From: Octopus vulgaris
Taxonomy: Eukaryota
Reading direction: 5' to 3'
NCBI GenBank assembly: GCA_951406725.2
Contig: OX597818.1
Coordinates: forward strand, 8,432,001-8,496,000
DNA: 64,000 nucleotides
Positions 12,530 to 24,399 of the stretch are shown in pieces (the stretch's first letter is position 1; the number at the start of each line of letters is the position of its first letter). The notes below the pieces were generated by a model. That model saw nothing but the letters and a program-made list of their open reading frames with translations. It ran no database searches and was not told the DNA's origin. Made by a program: the position numbers and the translations under genes.

Positions 12530-13895
12530 TCTCTAGCTCACCTTCTCTCTCTCTTTCTCTCCGTCTCTCTGGTTATCTATCTATCACATCAGATACATGC
12601 AAGGATACTTTAACCAACTGCTTTTGCTGTGAGACAAATAATGAGCTGGGATATCTCTACACATATATTAATAACACGAAGAAAGAAATCGGAACAAGGC
12701 TAGCTTCAGTAAAAAAATAATGCAAAAATAAATATATACATACAAGTTGTTTATTTTATGGAGAGATAAAGTATCTAGAATTGAATTATGCAATGCGTCC
12801 ATCCCTTCTTTTCAATATAGAAAATTGAGTATCTATGTATTTAGAGAAATAAGAGTTGTCCAAAAGAAAGGAAAGGTGGAAGAGATGAACCGGTATAAAA
12901 AAAGAAGGTTAAATTGATTCTTGGTTAGACGCCAGGCCTAAATTGTTTCGAAACTGAATATACATTAATTGAGCTGATGTAATGAGGAAAAAAATACTGG
13001 TATTCATCGCCAATGTTTTGGCTACATGCTTCTATTTTCCTCATTAGTATTCAAAAATGAAGGCGTCTTTTTCATCATAAATTCTGCAATTTCTCTTCAT
13101 ATATATACGTGACAATATGTACACACGCACACGCATACACACACATGCACATATACATATATACACACACATTTTATAAATATATCTATTATATATCTGT
13201 CTACCTATCTACCATTCAGTCTTATACTCTCTTTTTCTCTCTCTCTAACTACATTTATATAAGTATATACACACATATGTACTTCAATTTATATTTGCAT
13301 ATGACAATATGTAATCACACACACGCATATACACAAATATATATATATACATATACTTAAATATGTATCTATCTAACTCTCTCCCTCTTTCCATATATAT
13401 ATAGAGAGAGAGCGAGAGAGCGAGAGAAAGAGAGAGATAGTTATGTGTTTTTATGTGCATGTATAAATACAAACCATACATGTACTGAGAGTAGTATACA
13501 ATACTATAACAAGAAGCATACATATAATGTTGACGCTGTCATTGATTTTTCTCCGGAAAGAATTTACCTTGTTTTCTTGGCAAGATTTTGTGTTCTAATT
13601 TACAGATTTGCACCAGATAATGAATAAAGCAAATAATGTAGAATGATTGCCAAATTTCCCTACACATATAAAATAATTTTTCAAACATTTTCCGATCCTG
13701 TGTATTTCTATCTCATCGTATTGATGATCGTGTGTGTGTATATGTTGTGTGGGGGTGACGTGGGGATGTGGACATGCGTGAGTATGTATTTACGTATATA
13801 TATATATATATATATATATTTATTTATATATATATATGTATATATGTGCGTATAAATATTGATATTTACATCTTTATTCGTATCTCTCTGTCAGA

Positions 13896-14054
<159 letters not shown>

Positions 14055-14056
14055 AC

Positions 14057-14620
14057 AGACAGGCTGTCCCAAAAGTGACTGCTGGGTTTAAAGTGCTTAG
14101 TAACTTACTTAACTTTACAAATAAATGCATGAAGTCCAGACACAGTAATGGACGTAATGGACATTAATATGCACAAGTTAAATTTTTCAACTTCACTACC
14201 TTACATATAAAAAATGACTTCGCTTAAATGGCAGGCATTTTCGGCTTTGCATGCCCGTGCTCTTTCCAAACATGCACCATAACACCCTCAAGAATTTCAG
14301 ATCTCACTTCTTTGATTTTTCTATTGATGTCCTTCTTCAGTTGCAGAAGTTTCTCCGGTTTGTTAACGTAAACTCTCTCTTTCCCGCATTCTCACAAGAA
14401 AAGTTCGGACTTGTGAAGTCTGGGGAACGCGATGGCCAGTTGACATTGCCGTAGCAGAAGATTATTCTCCCTCCAAAGCACTACTGTAGCAACTACATTG
14501 TTTCTCTTGCGATATAGGCTATTGCCCTATCTTCCTGGAACCATGTGTGAAGTCTACGTTGGTTGGCCTTCACATTCCCCAGATTTTACTAGCCCGGATT
14601 TTTTCTTCTGGAGATACCTG
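14057..14620 (-). mobile_element. Tc1/mariner-superfamily transposon 3' fragment
   Basis: Minus strand WFQEDRAIAYIA (WFQQDGA-like) and NWPSRSPDFTSPNF; TIR-like caggctgtcccaaaagt next to (TA)n. Confidence 0.75.
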
Positions 14621-15112
14621 AATAGATAGATAGATAGACAGATAGACAGATAGATAGAGGGATAGATAGATAGATGGATATATAGATATAGATAGAATAT
14701 TTATACATACATATATATATGTATATACATTTTTGTATATATATGTATATATGTATATATGTATATTTGTATGTATATATGTATATGCCTGCATACATAT
14801 ATATGTGGGGTGGTATATAAATATATATTGATATAGATAATGTGTATGTGTGTATGTATAAATAAATATGTATATATATATATATATAAGGACCTAGGAA
14901 AAATGTGTCGAAGCCATCAGGAAGCGTCGATGCTTCCTAGGGCTAAACAGCGGTGGGGTAATCCCTTACTGTCACGTTAAATTGACAGTATACAACCATT
15001 ATATCGCCCCACCACCGTACATATCTCTCTGAGATATTTAGAAATTTAATACTTCTGATTTTGGTAATCAGGGAATAAACTTCACTGAAAATTAGATATA
15101 TATATTTGCGAA

Positions 15113-15412
15113 GTCGGGACAGATATCTGCAGCTGGCGGGCTTCTGCTACTCTAGGCCGATGATGGACAAAGATCTTGAAACATGCGTGTCTCTAGATGC
15201 AGGCCTGGCTGCTGGGGGTGTTTGTCTCCCCTTCGTAAATATATAAGGAGACAGGAAAAATGTGTTGAAGCCATCAGGAATCGTCGATGCTTCCTAGGGC
15301 TAAACAGCGGTGGTGTAATCCCCTATTGTCACGTTAAATTGACAGTATGCAACCACTCTATATGTCATGATGGTTCTAAGGTGGTCAAACTCTGAATGAG
15401 GAATAGACAACC

Positions 15413-15416
<4 letters not shown>
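15113..15416 (+). mobile_element. Short non-autonomous retroelement with a 5' HHR-like motif and an RTE-type 3' end; partial second copy at ~14888-15000
   Basis: 15362-15416 matches the 3' end of the RTE at 16674-16728 (reverse complement, 53/55). HHR-like motif at 15151-15197. Confidence 0.65.
15151..15197 (+). ncRNA. Degenerate type-I hammerhead
   Basis: tctagg CCGATGA tgga caaaga tctt GAAAC atgcgt GTC tctaga: U4 changed to C, weakened stem II, 6-bp stem I. Confidence 0.55.
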
Positions 15417-15448
<32 letters not shown>

Positions 15449-15675
15449 ATTAATCAATATAGGGTGGCAAAAAAAATTTTGTAGAATTTTTTTGCCACTA
15501 GCGGCCTAGTGGGAAAAAATTAAATAGTCATAAACCATTTTTAAGTTCAACATCACAATCAAGGAACGGCCATAATAGGCCATTCACCCACTAGAAATAA
15601 CAGCCAAAAGCTTCAACCGCAAAATAACATCAATTCCGTAAACCAGGAGAAAATTAAAAAAACATTTACCTTGTA

Positions 15676-15782
15676 ATTTCTTATACGATGCACCGTTTCG
15701 TCTACTGTTTAATGGTAAACTAACCTGATTAAATTAAATCAAGCCAATCTACCATAGGCCCTTAGATTCATCAGTAAGAAAT
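15676..15782 (-). ncRNA. Type-I hammerhead with long stem II extension
   Basis: atttctta CTGATGA atcta [hairpin insert] tagac GAAAC ggtgcatc GTA taagaaat; 8-bp stem I. Confidence 0.75.
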
Positions 15783-16167
15783 AGCCAAGTCGGAACAGAT
15801 ATTTTTCACGAGGCATTCCCGTCCCTGCCTCGGCAATATCTGACGTAAAATTTTCAAATCATCGCACTCGCGCCAAATTTATCGGCAGCAAATAAATATA
15901 AGCCGCCGATTCCATTACGGAATTAACCAGAAAATTCATAATTAATCAATATAGGGTGGCAAAAACAATTTTGTAGAATTTTTTTGCCACCAGCGGCCTA
16001 GTGGGAAAAAATTAAATAGTCATAAACCATTTTTAAGTTCAACATCACAATCAAGGAACGGCCATAATAGGCCATTCACCCACTAGAAATAACAGCCAAA
16101 AGCTTCAACCGCAAAATAACATCAATTCCGTAAACCAGGAGAAAATTAAAAAAACATTTACCCTGTA

Positions 16168-16274
16168 ATTTCTTATACGATGCACCGTTTCGTCTACTGT
16201 TTAATGGTAAACTAACCTGATTAAATTAAATCAAGCCAATCTACCATAGGCCCTTAGATTCATCAGTAAGAAAT
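16168..16274 (-). ncRNA. Second copy of the extended-stem-II hammerhead
   Basis: Identical to 15676-15782, offset by 492. Confidence 0.75.
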
Positions 16275-16563
16275 AGCCAAGTCGGAACAGATATTTTTCA
16301 CGAGGCATTCCCGTCCCTGCCTCGGCAATATCTGACGTAAAATTTTCAAATCATCGCACTCGTGCCAAATTTACGTCATTAAACAGTAGACGAAAATTTA
16401 CCATTAAACAGTAGACGAAACGGTGCATCGTATAAGAAATTACAGGGTAAATGTTTTTTTAATTTTCTCCTGGTTTACGGAATTGATGTTATTTTGCGGT
16501 TGAAGCTTTTGGCTGTTATTTCTAGTGGGTGAATGGCCTATTATGGCCGTTCCTTGATTGTGA

Positions 16564-16629
<66 letters not shown>

Positions 16630-16631
16630 AC

Positions 16632-16673
<42 letters not shown>

Positions 16674-16677
<4 letters not shown>

Positions 16678-17900
16678 GGTTGTCTATTCCTCATGCAGAG
16701 TTTCACCACCTTAGAACCATCATGACATCTGATGTGGCTTTTTAAACCAGGCAATGTTCTGAAAAGACACCCACATAGACTGCATTTCCGATTTGGACCA
16801 CCAAGAGCTGCAAATAAGTTCTGATCTTAGTGGATCTTAACATGTCTTTTGAGACATCCGTTAGATTTGCACACTTTCTGGCATACACTGTTTTCAAAGG
16901 TGTGCACAGGCATATAGGCAGAATAGGTAGGGGAGGTTCGTTTTCCATAAGTTCGCAAATGAGATTTGAGCCCAGTAAATGAAAGGCATGGTCTGTCACA
17001 GATTGTGCACACAAAAAGGTCTTTGTCATTTACCTTTTCGATCGTAACATTCTTTCTTAGATCTCTTTTGAGTCCCAATTGCTTATCCTGGCCTCTTCAA
17101 ACACTTTCACTCCACTCCACATTATTTTCGCCATCCAGCTCGATCCGAAGCAAGGGTTTCTATGTCTTCTTGATCCAATCCAAATGACTTCATAGCAGTC
17201 CTTATGTCGTCATTAAAAAGTTTTTAATATTTACGCCGATAGCATTTCCCCTCTGCAAACTCGTTTCGGCATTCTAACGATATGGCTACACCATTTTATT
17301 TGGTTCCTCAAGAATCACAAAATTAAATGAGATGATTCCTGCTGGTGCAAAGAGATCTGTGTTTGCAGTAAATGCGAAGAAATCTAACAATTTAAAATGC
17401 TTTTCATAACAGGTCCATCTTTCACAAGAATACAACAGGGATGGTAAGACAAATGATTTGTAAAGAGCTAGCTTTGTATTCTTTTATATACATGTCGCTG
17501 GCATCAAACGTGAGACTCCAAGCCACCAAATGCTTTTACTGCCCTTTGAGTTTGCAGATGTATTTCTGTTACAAGGTTTTCATAATATTGTACAGAGCTT
17601 GAAAGTTAGATGAACGAATCGACAACGTCAAGTAACTTACCCGCATGCAGGACTATTTTTTGCAAGTTGATGGTCAAGCCAAAATCATCAAAAGCTTAGT
17701 CAAATGCAGGTACAAGAGATTGCGGACCTGTTTCAGAATTACTGATAATATTGCAATCGTCAGCGTATAAAAGTTACCTAAAGAGTGAAGTAAAAAAACA
17801 GGAATCTCCAAGGACTCAGGTTTTATTTAAGAGATTTCCTTCTCGTAGGTAGAATACCTTCAAAGGTTAAAGAACATCTACCTGACCATGAGGTAAGCTA
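16674..17900 (-). mobile_element. RTE-clade LINE 3' part, degenerate, with C-terminal C2H2 fingers
   Basis: LYADDC, FGLTINLQK, KAFGGL, TKLALYKSFVLPSLLY; fingers CTICDRPCLSFTGLKSHLR and VCQKVCKSNGCLKRHVKIH; tail runs into (TA)n. Confidence 0.85.
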
Positions 17901-18140
17901 TCTCATCCAGACACCAAACCGACACTCAAACACTCTATAAAGGGATCAAATATTACTATGGTGACCGACGCGTAGTAGCTCATTCATAGATATAAAATCA
18001 AGAAAAATACGATATGTGATTTGCAAATGTAAATAAGAATTGAATATAAATATTATGCATACACATTCTATTTATATTTATCTATATCTATCTATATCTA
18101 TCTATCATATACATATATATGTATATATATCACGACTTAT

Positions 18141-18210
18141 CCAGGTGGTGCTATTGAGTTTGTCATGGCCTGGATCGATAATGATCGAAACCAGTCTGCT
18201 ATCTGAGATA
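18141..18210 (+). mobile_element. Isolated 3' end of a CR1-like LINE
   Basis: caggtggtgctatt.agtt...catggcctg...tcgaaac matches 33135-33185. Confidence 0.6.
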
Positions 18211-18279
18211 TGTATGTACAGTTTGTGGACATAACTATATAAGACTGACAAGTATGACACTGAGTGACGCTAAGATTTT

Positions 18280-18410
18280 TTCTCTCTCTGTTTCTTGCTG
18301 AAGAGTGTAGGCTCGAAACGTAAAATAATTTTTCATTTTCCCGAGCGTCAAACTAATAATTTTGTTTGTTTTTCACACACCTGTTTTCGTCTTTTGTTTT
18401 CCTATAAATT
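18280..18410 (+). mobile_element. PLE-like repeat fragment with a decayed HHR core
   Basis: gttt cttgctga agagt gtag gctc GAAAC g...c GTC aaac; same layout as 9415-9448. Confidence 0.45.
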
Positions 18411-18430
18411 TCATCTCTCTCTCTCTCTCA

Positions 18431-18503
<73 letters not shown>

Positions 18504-18619
18504 GTATATGTATGTATGTATGTACGTATATATATATATATATATATATTTATTTATATACATATATATATATATATTTATATACATATATATATACATA
18601 TATGTATATATACATATAT

Positions 18620-19190
18620 AAAAAATAGTAAAGAGTGAAAAAACGACAGAAGGCTTAAATGTTAAAAAATATATATATTTGCGTCAATATGTCTGAAGAA
18701 TATTAGAAAATTTTTTAAACAAATGTTTTTTCCTTTATAATGACATAATTTTTAAAGAAAGACCGGTTTCGCATTTAGCTTTTCAAATTTCTTGTGACGT
18801 TATGTTTATGTTTAATAGAGTTATCCTTGTGTTTAAGCTCCGGAGAGTTCTAAATAAGGGAAGGTAGTGGGTGATTTCTTCCGGTGTAAGGGAGATAATC
18901 GCTTAAAATTTTTTTTCCTTTCCCTTAATGTGAATTTCTCTGTATCAGTATGTTCGGATGGTTGAGTCTGGGCTTGTACTTTTCAATGAAGAATGTTTCC
19001 TTGTTTAGTCTAATTTGTGTTGATGATCCGAAAGCACATTGGTAAAATGGAAAGATAAAAAATTGTGGTAGTAGTTGCTTTGCGCATTTCTCAATGTGCT
19101 CACTAAAAGGTATCATTCTATATTCTGGGAATGCAATCTGTTGTCGATGCAGTGTGCATCTACGTCTGAGTGATAGTCCCGTATATACAC
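18620..19190 (-). mobile_element. Penelope-like element 3' end: GIY-YIG endonuclease C-terminus plus pLTR with HHR
   Basis: TGLSLRRRCTLHRQQI...PFSEHIEKC...RLNKETFFIEKYKPRLN, followed on the same strand by an HHR at 18755-18793. Confidence 0.8.
18755..18793 (-). ncRNA. Minimal type-I hammerhead, U3-A8 variant
   Basis: aagaaa(t) TTGAAAA GC taaat GC GAAAC CG GTC tttctt; palindromic helix III ACCGGT. Confidence 0.65.
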
Positions 19191-20300
19191 ATACATGCAT
19201 ACATACATGCGACATCATATGCCACTTAATTAAGGAGTTGTTTACCTTGATGTATCTAAATGTGGCTAAGGTCCTTGCCTCCGTGTACTTGTAAAAGATT
19301 CATTCCTGCAAATATTGGCAATTAATGATAGAATATTCTCCTTATTTTACAAACACTACCTCTTACTGCTGCGTCAGAGTGAAAACGTTTTTGCTTTTTT
19401 AAAGTGATGCCTGTTGTCAATGTTCGTCCTGCATTGTATTTGTCTACATTGTCTACATTTGTCTACATTTCAACGGGAATACCAAGCCTTCTGGCCCTAT
19501 GTAAATTCTAAGGACTCTTCTTCCATAAATCATATGGACTACAGTTCTGATTTATGGGAACCAGCTCAAGATGATTTCCAGTGACATCAAACCCTGTGAA
19601 GTATTTGTCATTAAGAAAATCTTTACAGAGTGATGAGATTATAGCTGACTGATTATATTATCAAGTTTTCCAATGTTATTCACCTCAAGATCACCAATCA
19701 AATCACAACATATAAATCAAATTGGATTTCTTTACTATGGCATAGTCGATTCTAGAGCCCTGAATCATATGTAATTTTTCCCATCTTTCGTGGCATTTCT
19801 AAGGTTGTTCTGGTAACTAATAAATCAAAATGAGTCTAACACTCACACATATACGAGTATCTGTATGTTTGATTAATTACATGCCTGCTCCCGAATTTGG
19901 GTTTATATCTTTAATTTTTGGGTAACATGTTCCTTTTGTGTCCTACGATATTTTGTAAGTCATGACTTCGATTTTTCTGTTGCTGGGAGGCAGGTTTTAC
20001 TACTAACCTTCCTATTTGGTAAAACAATGGTTTCTTTCCGGGAAATAATGTTTATAACTCAACAAATATTTACCTACCATTTATTTTTCTGAATTTGTTC
20101 GACATTACGGATTCGGACTTGATAACAAGTCATGTTAAAAACGTTAATCTTGTGCTTTATTTATGTAACATCTGTTTATCTCCCTTTCCGCGGAGTGCTG
20201 TTGGAATTCCTCCTTGTTTTCGTCAAACTAGTCTTGGACATTCTTTTACGCAGAAAGCAATATGAAACCTCAATAATTATGATGACGATGGTTATGGCGA

Positions 20301-20401
<101 letters not shown>

Positions 20402-20686
20402 TACGTATTCATATCTATTGATATGCCATGTTTGTTAGAAAAGGAAATCCGTAGATATTAAATTAGATTCGATAAGTATGAAACTGCATACATACATACG
20501 AACGTGGGTATACATTGAATAACCCCCAGAATACATTCTAACTGATAACGGCATCGGCATAAAAGTTTCCTATTTTCAATGAAGATATGATTATATTTAA
20601 CAATATATCTTCTCAAAAAGTATAGATATGAGCTTTGTAAATTGCATATATATGTGCATGTAGATATGTATGTACATATGTACATA

Positions 20687-20724
<38 letters not shown>

Positions 20725-21554
20725 TACGTTTATATTTATATATGTGTGTGTATGTGTGTGTGCACGTGTGTGCGTGTGTGCCTGTGTTCGGCTTTGTGTA
20801 TTGACAATTGTATACAAATTTGTACTTTTAAACTGCAGCAAGTACCTAATTTATGTCGCCTACTGTTTATGTGGTCGGGTCTATCATTGCATATGAAGGG
20901 ATTGGTTTGATAGTAAGAATCAGTTTTAATATCAAACATATGGATTGTGTTTATCTAATAAAATTTCATTGATTAAAATTTCTTTTACTATCTGATTCAA
21001 ATCCCATGTCTGCAATGAAAGTTTAACTTATATTGACATTTACTTATATTACGTATAACCGCCGGGCTGGATAAAACTGTGACTACATAATTAAATCAAA
21101 TTAGCCTTCTACGTATCACATTGGATGTATATACATTGCTGAGTGGTTAGAGGCTGCGCTGAAGTACATTGCACATTATAGACAAAAGTATTATTTCAAT
21201 TTAAGTTTGCTTCAACTGTACACTCCGAAATTTTGTACAGCCCTGCACCTCTTTACGACTCCAGGTTATTTTATTATTCTTGGTTTCCAATAAATCGGGG
21301 GAGATAGAGTAGAAATAAGTATGCGGCTGTAAGTACAACACATTACAATGGGCCAAGAATTTGGATAAATTTTACCCCCCCCCCATGTTGATTTTCAGAC
21401 AGCAGGTTTATAAGAAATGTATATCCAAGAAAAACCACGACATGCCCATCTATAAATTGTACATTGTATATATGATGGTTAAAGTGTGTATACAAACGCA
21501 TAAAGACTTTGAATATATATGCATATATATGTTTATCATTATATATAATATATG

Positions 21555-21588
<34 letters not shown>

Positions 21589-21597
21589 TATATAGGA

Positions 21598-21628
<31 letters not shown>

Positions 21629-21663
21629 ATACATATACTTGTATATATGAATATATATATATA

Positions 21664-21696
<33 letters not shown>

Positions 21697-22074
21697 CACA
21701 TGCATACATATATGCCTATATACGCCATTCATTTGTGTGCAGCTATATGTCTATGTATGTGTGTATATATGTGTTTATGGTGCGTGAGCGTGCAATTATT
21801 TATGGTTTGTGCTTATGTATCACTATATAATGTTTCAATAATTGTTTTTGTAATATTGTAGGAGCTGAAAAACTTTACACAACCCTATCGGGAGGAAATA
21901 TTTCTTCTATTACTGCTTTAATAGAAAAATAAAGTATGTGAGAATGAAACAGATGGTTGGCGCTTGTTCACATGTAGCGGTTGTGTATGCCTGTGTAACT
22001 ATGTGTATCTAGATGAGTACGTGCGTGTATTTTATAGATTGCATCTCTCTTCATTCATCGTATACATGTATATA

Positions 22075-22137
<63 letters not shown>

Positions 22138-22181
22138 TTATCCACACGCACATACGTAGCCACATATATACATAAATACTT

Positions 22182-22243
<62 letters not shown>

Positions 22244-22412
22244 TTGTATATGCATGTGAGTGTGAAAAAATGTGTATGCATGTGCGCAAACATATGTGTA
22301 TATGTGCCGGTGTCTCTACGCGTGTATGTACGTGAGTCTATGTCTTTCAGCATGTATGTATCTTAGTCTATCACACTCCTTCTCTCTTTTTCTTACTCAC
22401 TCTCTCTCTCTC

Positions 22413-22465
<53 letters not shown>

Positions 22466-22998
22466 GTATATATATATATTATTATATGTATATATGTATA
22501 TATACATTTATATATATATATATACGTACATATATGTTTATATATATGCATATATTTTATTAACATATTATACGACTAAACGCACGCACCCTATTAAGTA
22601 AGATTGTTCTGTTTATCAAGTTCGCCTTGATATTAACTCTCACGCGACTCTGCATCTTTCTTTCTTTCTCTCCCATTCCCTTTTTCGTCTTTTTTCCCTC
22701 ACTTAACTTGTCTCTTCCTCTCTCTCTCCCCCTCACTGTTCTTCATGGTCTCCTCGCACCATTCCCCTTCTTCTCTCTCTTCCTCTTGCTCCTCCTCCCC
22801 CATTCCCGTCGTCCATCTGCGACGTACTTCCGTCGTAACTGCTATCCCGTCCTTTCTCACCTGCCTTCTAAGGCCACTGGTCGACATCTTCCTCTCTCGT
22901 CGTCCACTATAATCCAGCGTTTGCAATACTTTTTTCGTCTGGCGTTAACAGCCCTTCTTATCTTGTTCTCCTTGTCCTGTCTCTCACTGTTATATATA

Positions 22999-23062
<64 letters not shown>

Positions 23063-23420
23063 CTGTCGTTACCGTCTTGCTTTTTTTTACCCCTCTGCGA
23101 CAAGATCTCAGAATTTTAATTGATTTGCTTTTCGCAGGAAGGAATTTTTCATTCGAAGTATACGTCTCGCTTTTATCCTTCGAAACGTTTAGTAGATGAA
23201 ACTTTAGCGACTGAAGAAGGGGATTTTTCGTTGTGCTTATTGTCCTGTATCTCCTTTTTTTGCTTGTCTTGTTCCTTGGTTTGTGTCTATGTTTTTCGTC
23301 TCTCTATGTGTTCGACGTCCTTTTGGTGTCCTGTACACATATATGCGTATATATGTACATGTAGAGGTAGGTACGTACATATATGTTTATATATATGCAT
23401 ATATTTTATTAACATATATA

Positions 23421-23473
<53 letters not shown>

Positions 23474-23746
23474 GCATGTGTTTGTGTATGTGTGTATTTG
23501 CGTGTGTTATTCAATTGTGCTTTTAACGGAGATTTATGGTCGTTAATCATATGGCTATCTGCAGCGCACTCCTGCTCTGAGATCTTTAAATCTACAAAAA
23601 ATGTGATTGTTTGCAGATTTGACTGTTGGTATAGGTCTATATAAATAAGCTTGCATAATACTTTGTATTTGCCCTCAAATGTAGGTTATACGTGTTTCTA
23701 TCTGATGAGTGTTATTACATTTTATAATGCTAGTTAAATCATATAT

Positions 23747-23856
<110 letters not shown>

Positions 23857-23877
23857 TGTGAGTGTGTCTGTACCGAT

Positions 23878-23912
<35 letters not shown>

Positions 23913-23934
23913 TCTTTTATTCTTTCAATTAATT

Positions 23935-24280
23935 CAGTTATTTGAATGCGGCCATGCTGGAGCACCGCCTTTAGGCAAACAAATACATGAAGGACATATT
24001 CTTTTTAAGCCTAGTACTTATTCTATCAGGGTCTTTGGTCGAACCGCTGAATTACGGGGACGTAAACACACCAACATCGGTTGTCACGTGATAATGAAGG
24101 ACAAACACAGACACACATATACTTGCATATATGCAATAGGCTTCTTTTAGTTTCCGTCTACCAAATCTACTTATAAAGATTTGTTCGGCTCGAGGCTATT
24201 GTAGAAGACACTTGTCGAAGGTGCCACGCAGTGGGACTGAACCCAGAAACATGTGGTTGTGAAGGAAGCTACTTACCAAC
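23935..24280 (-). mobile_element. tRNA-derived SINE (family A)
   Basis: Minus-strand head tggtaag...gggttcagtccca (A/B-box-like); collinear with 44640-45080; head fragments near 8950 and 29570. Confidence 0.8.
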
Positions 24281-24399
24281 ATCCATATATATATAATTGT
24301 ATATATACATATATATAAATGTGTTTATATGTATGCGAGTATTTATATGTGTGTGTGTGTGTGTGTGTATGTATATATGTGTGTGTGCGTGTATATATA

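Larger units (their letters stand above)
15446..16565. repeat. Tandem 492-bp HHR-containing units (15446-15937, 15938-16372) plus an inverted partial copy (~16376-16565), inside (TA)n
   Basis: Near-identical repeats with period 492; the inverted copy matches the HHR 3' half. Confidence 0.95.

Noticed and set aside
15362-16728. 55-bp inverted repeats looking like DNA-transposon TIRs
   Set aside because: They are convergent 3' tails of RTE-type retroelements.
23170-23230. GAAACGTT ... CTGAAGA suggesting a permuted (type II) hammerhead
   Set aside because: Stems I and II do not pair convincingly.
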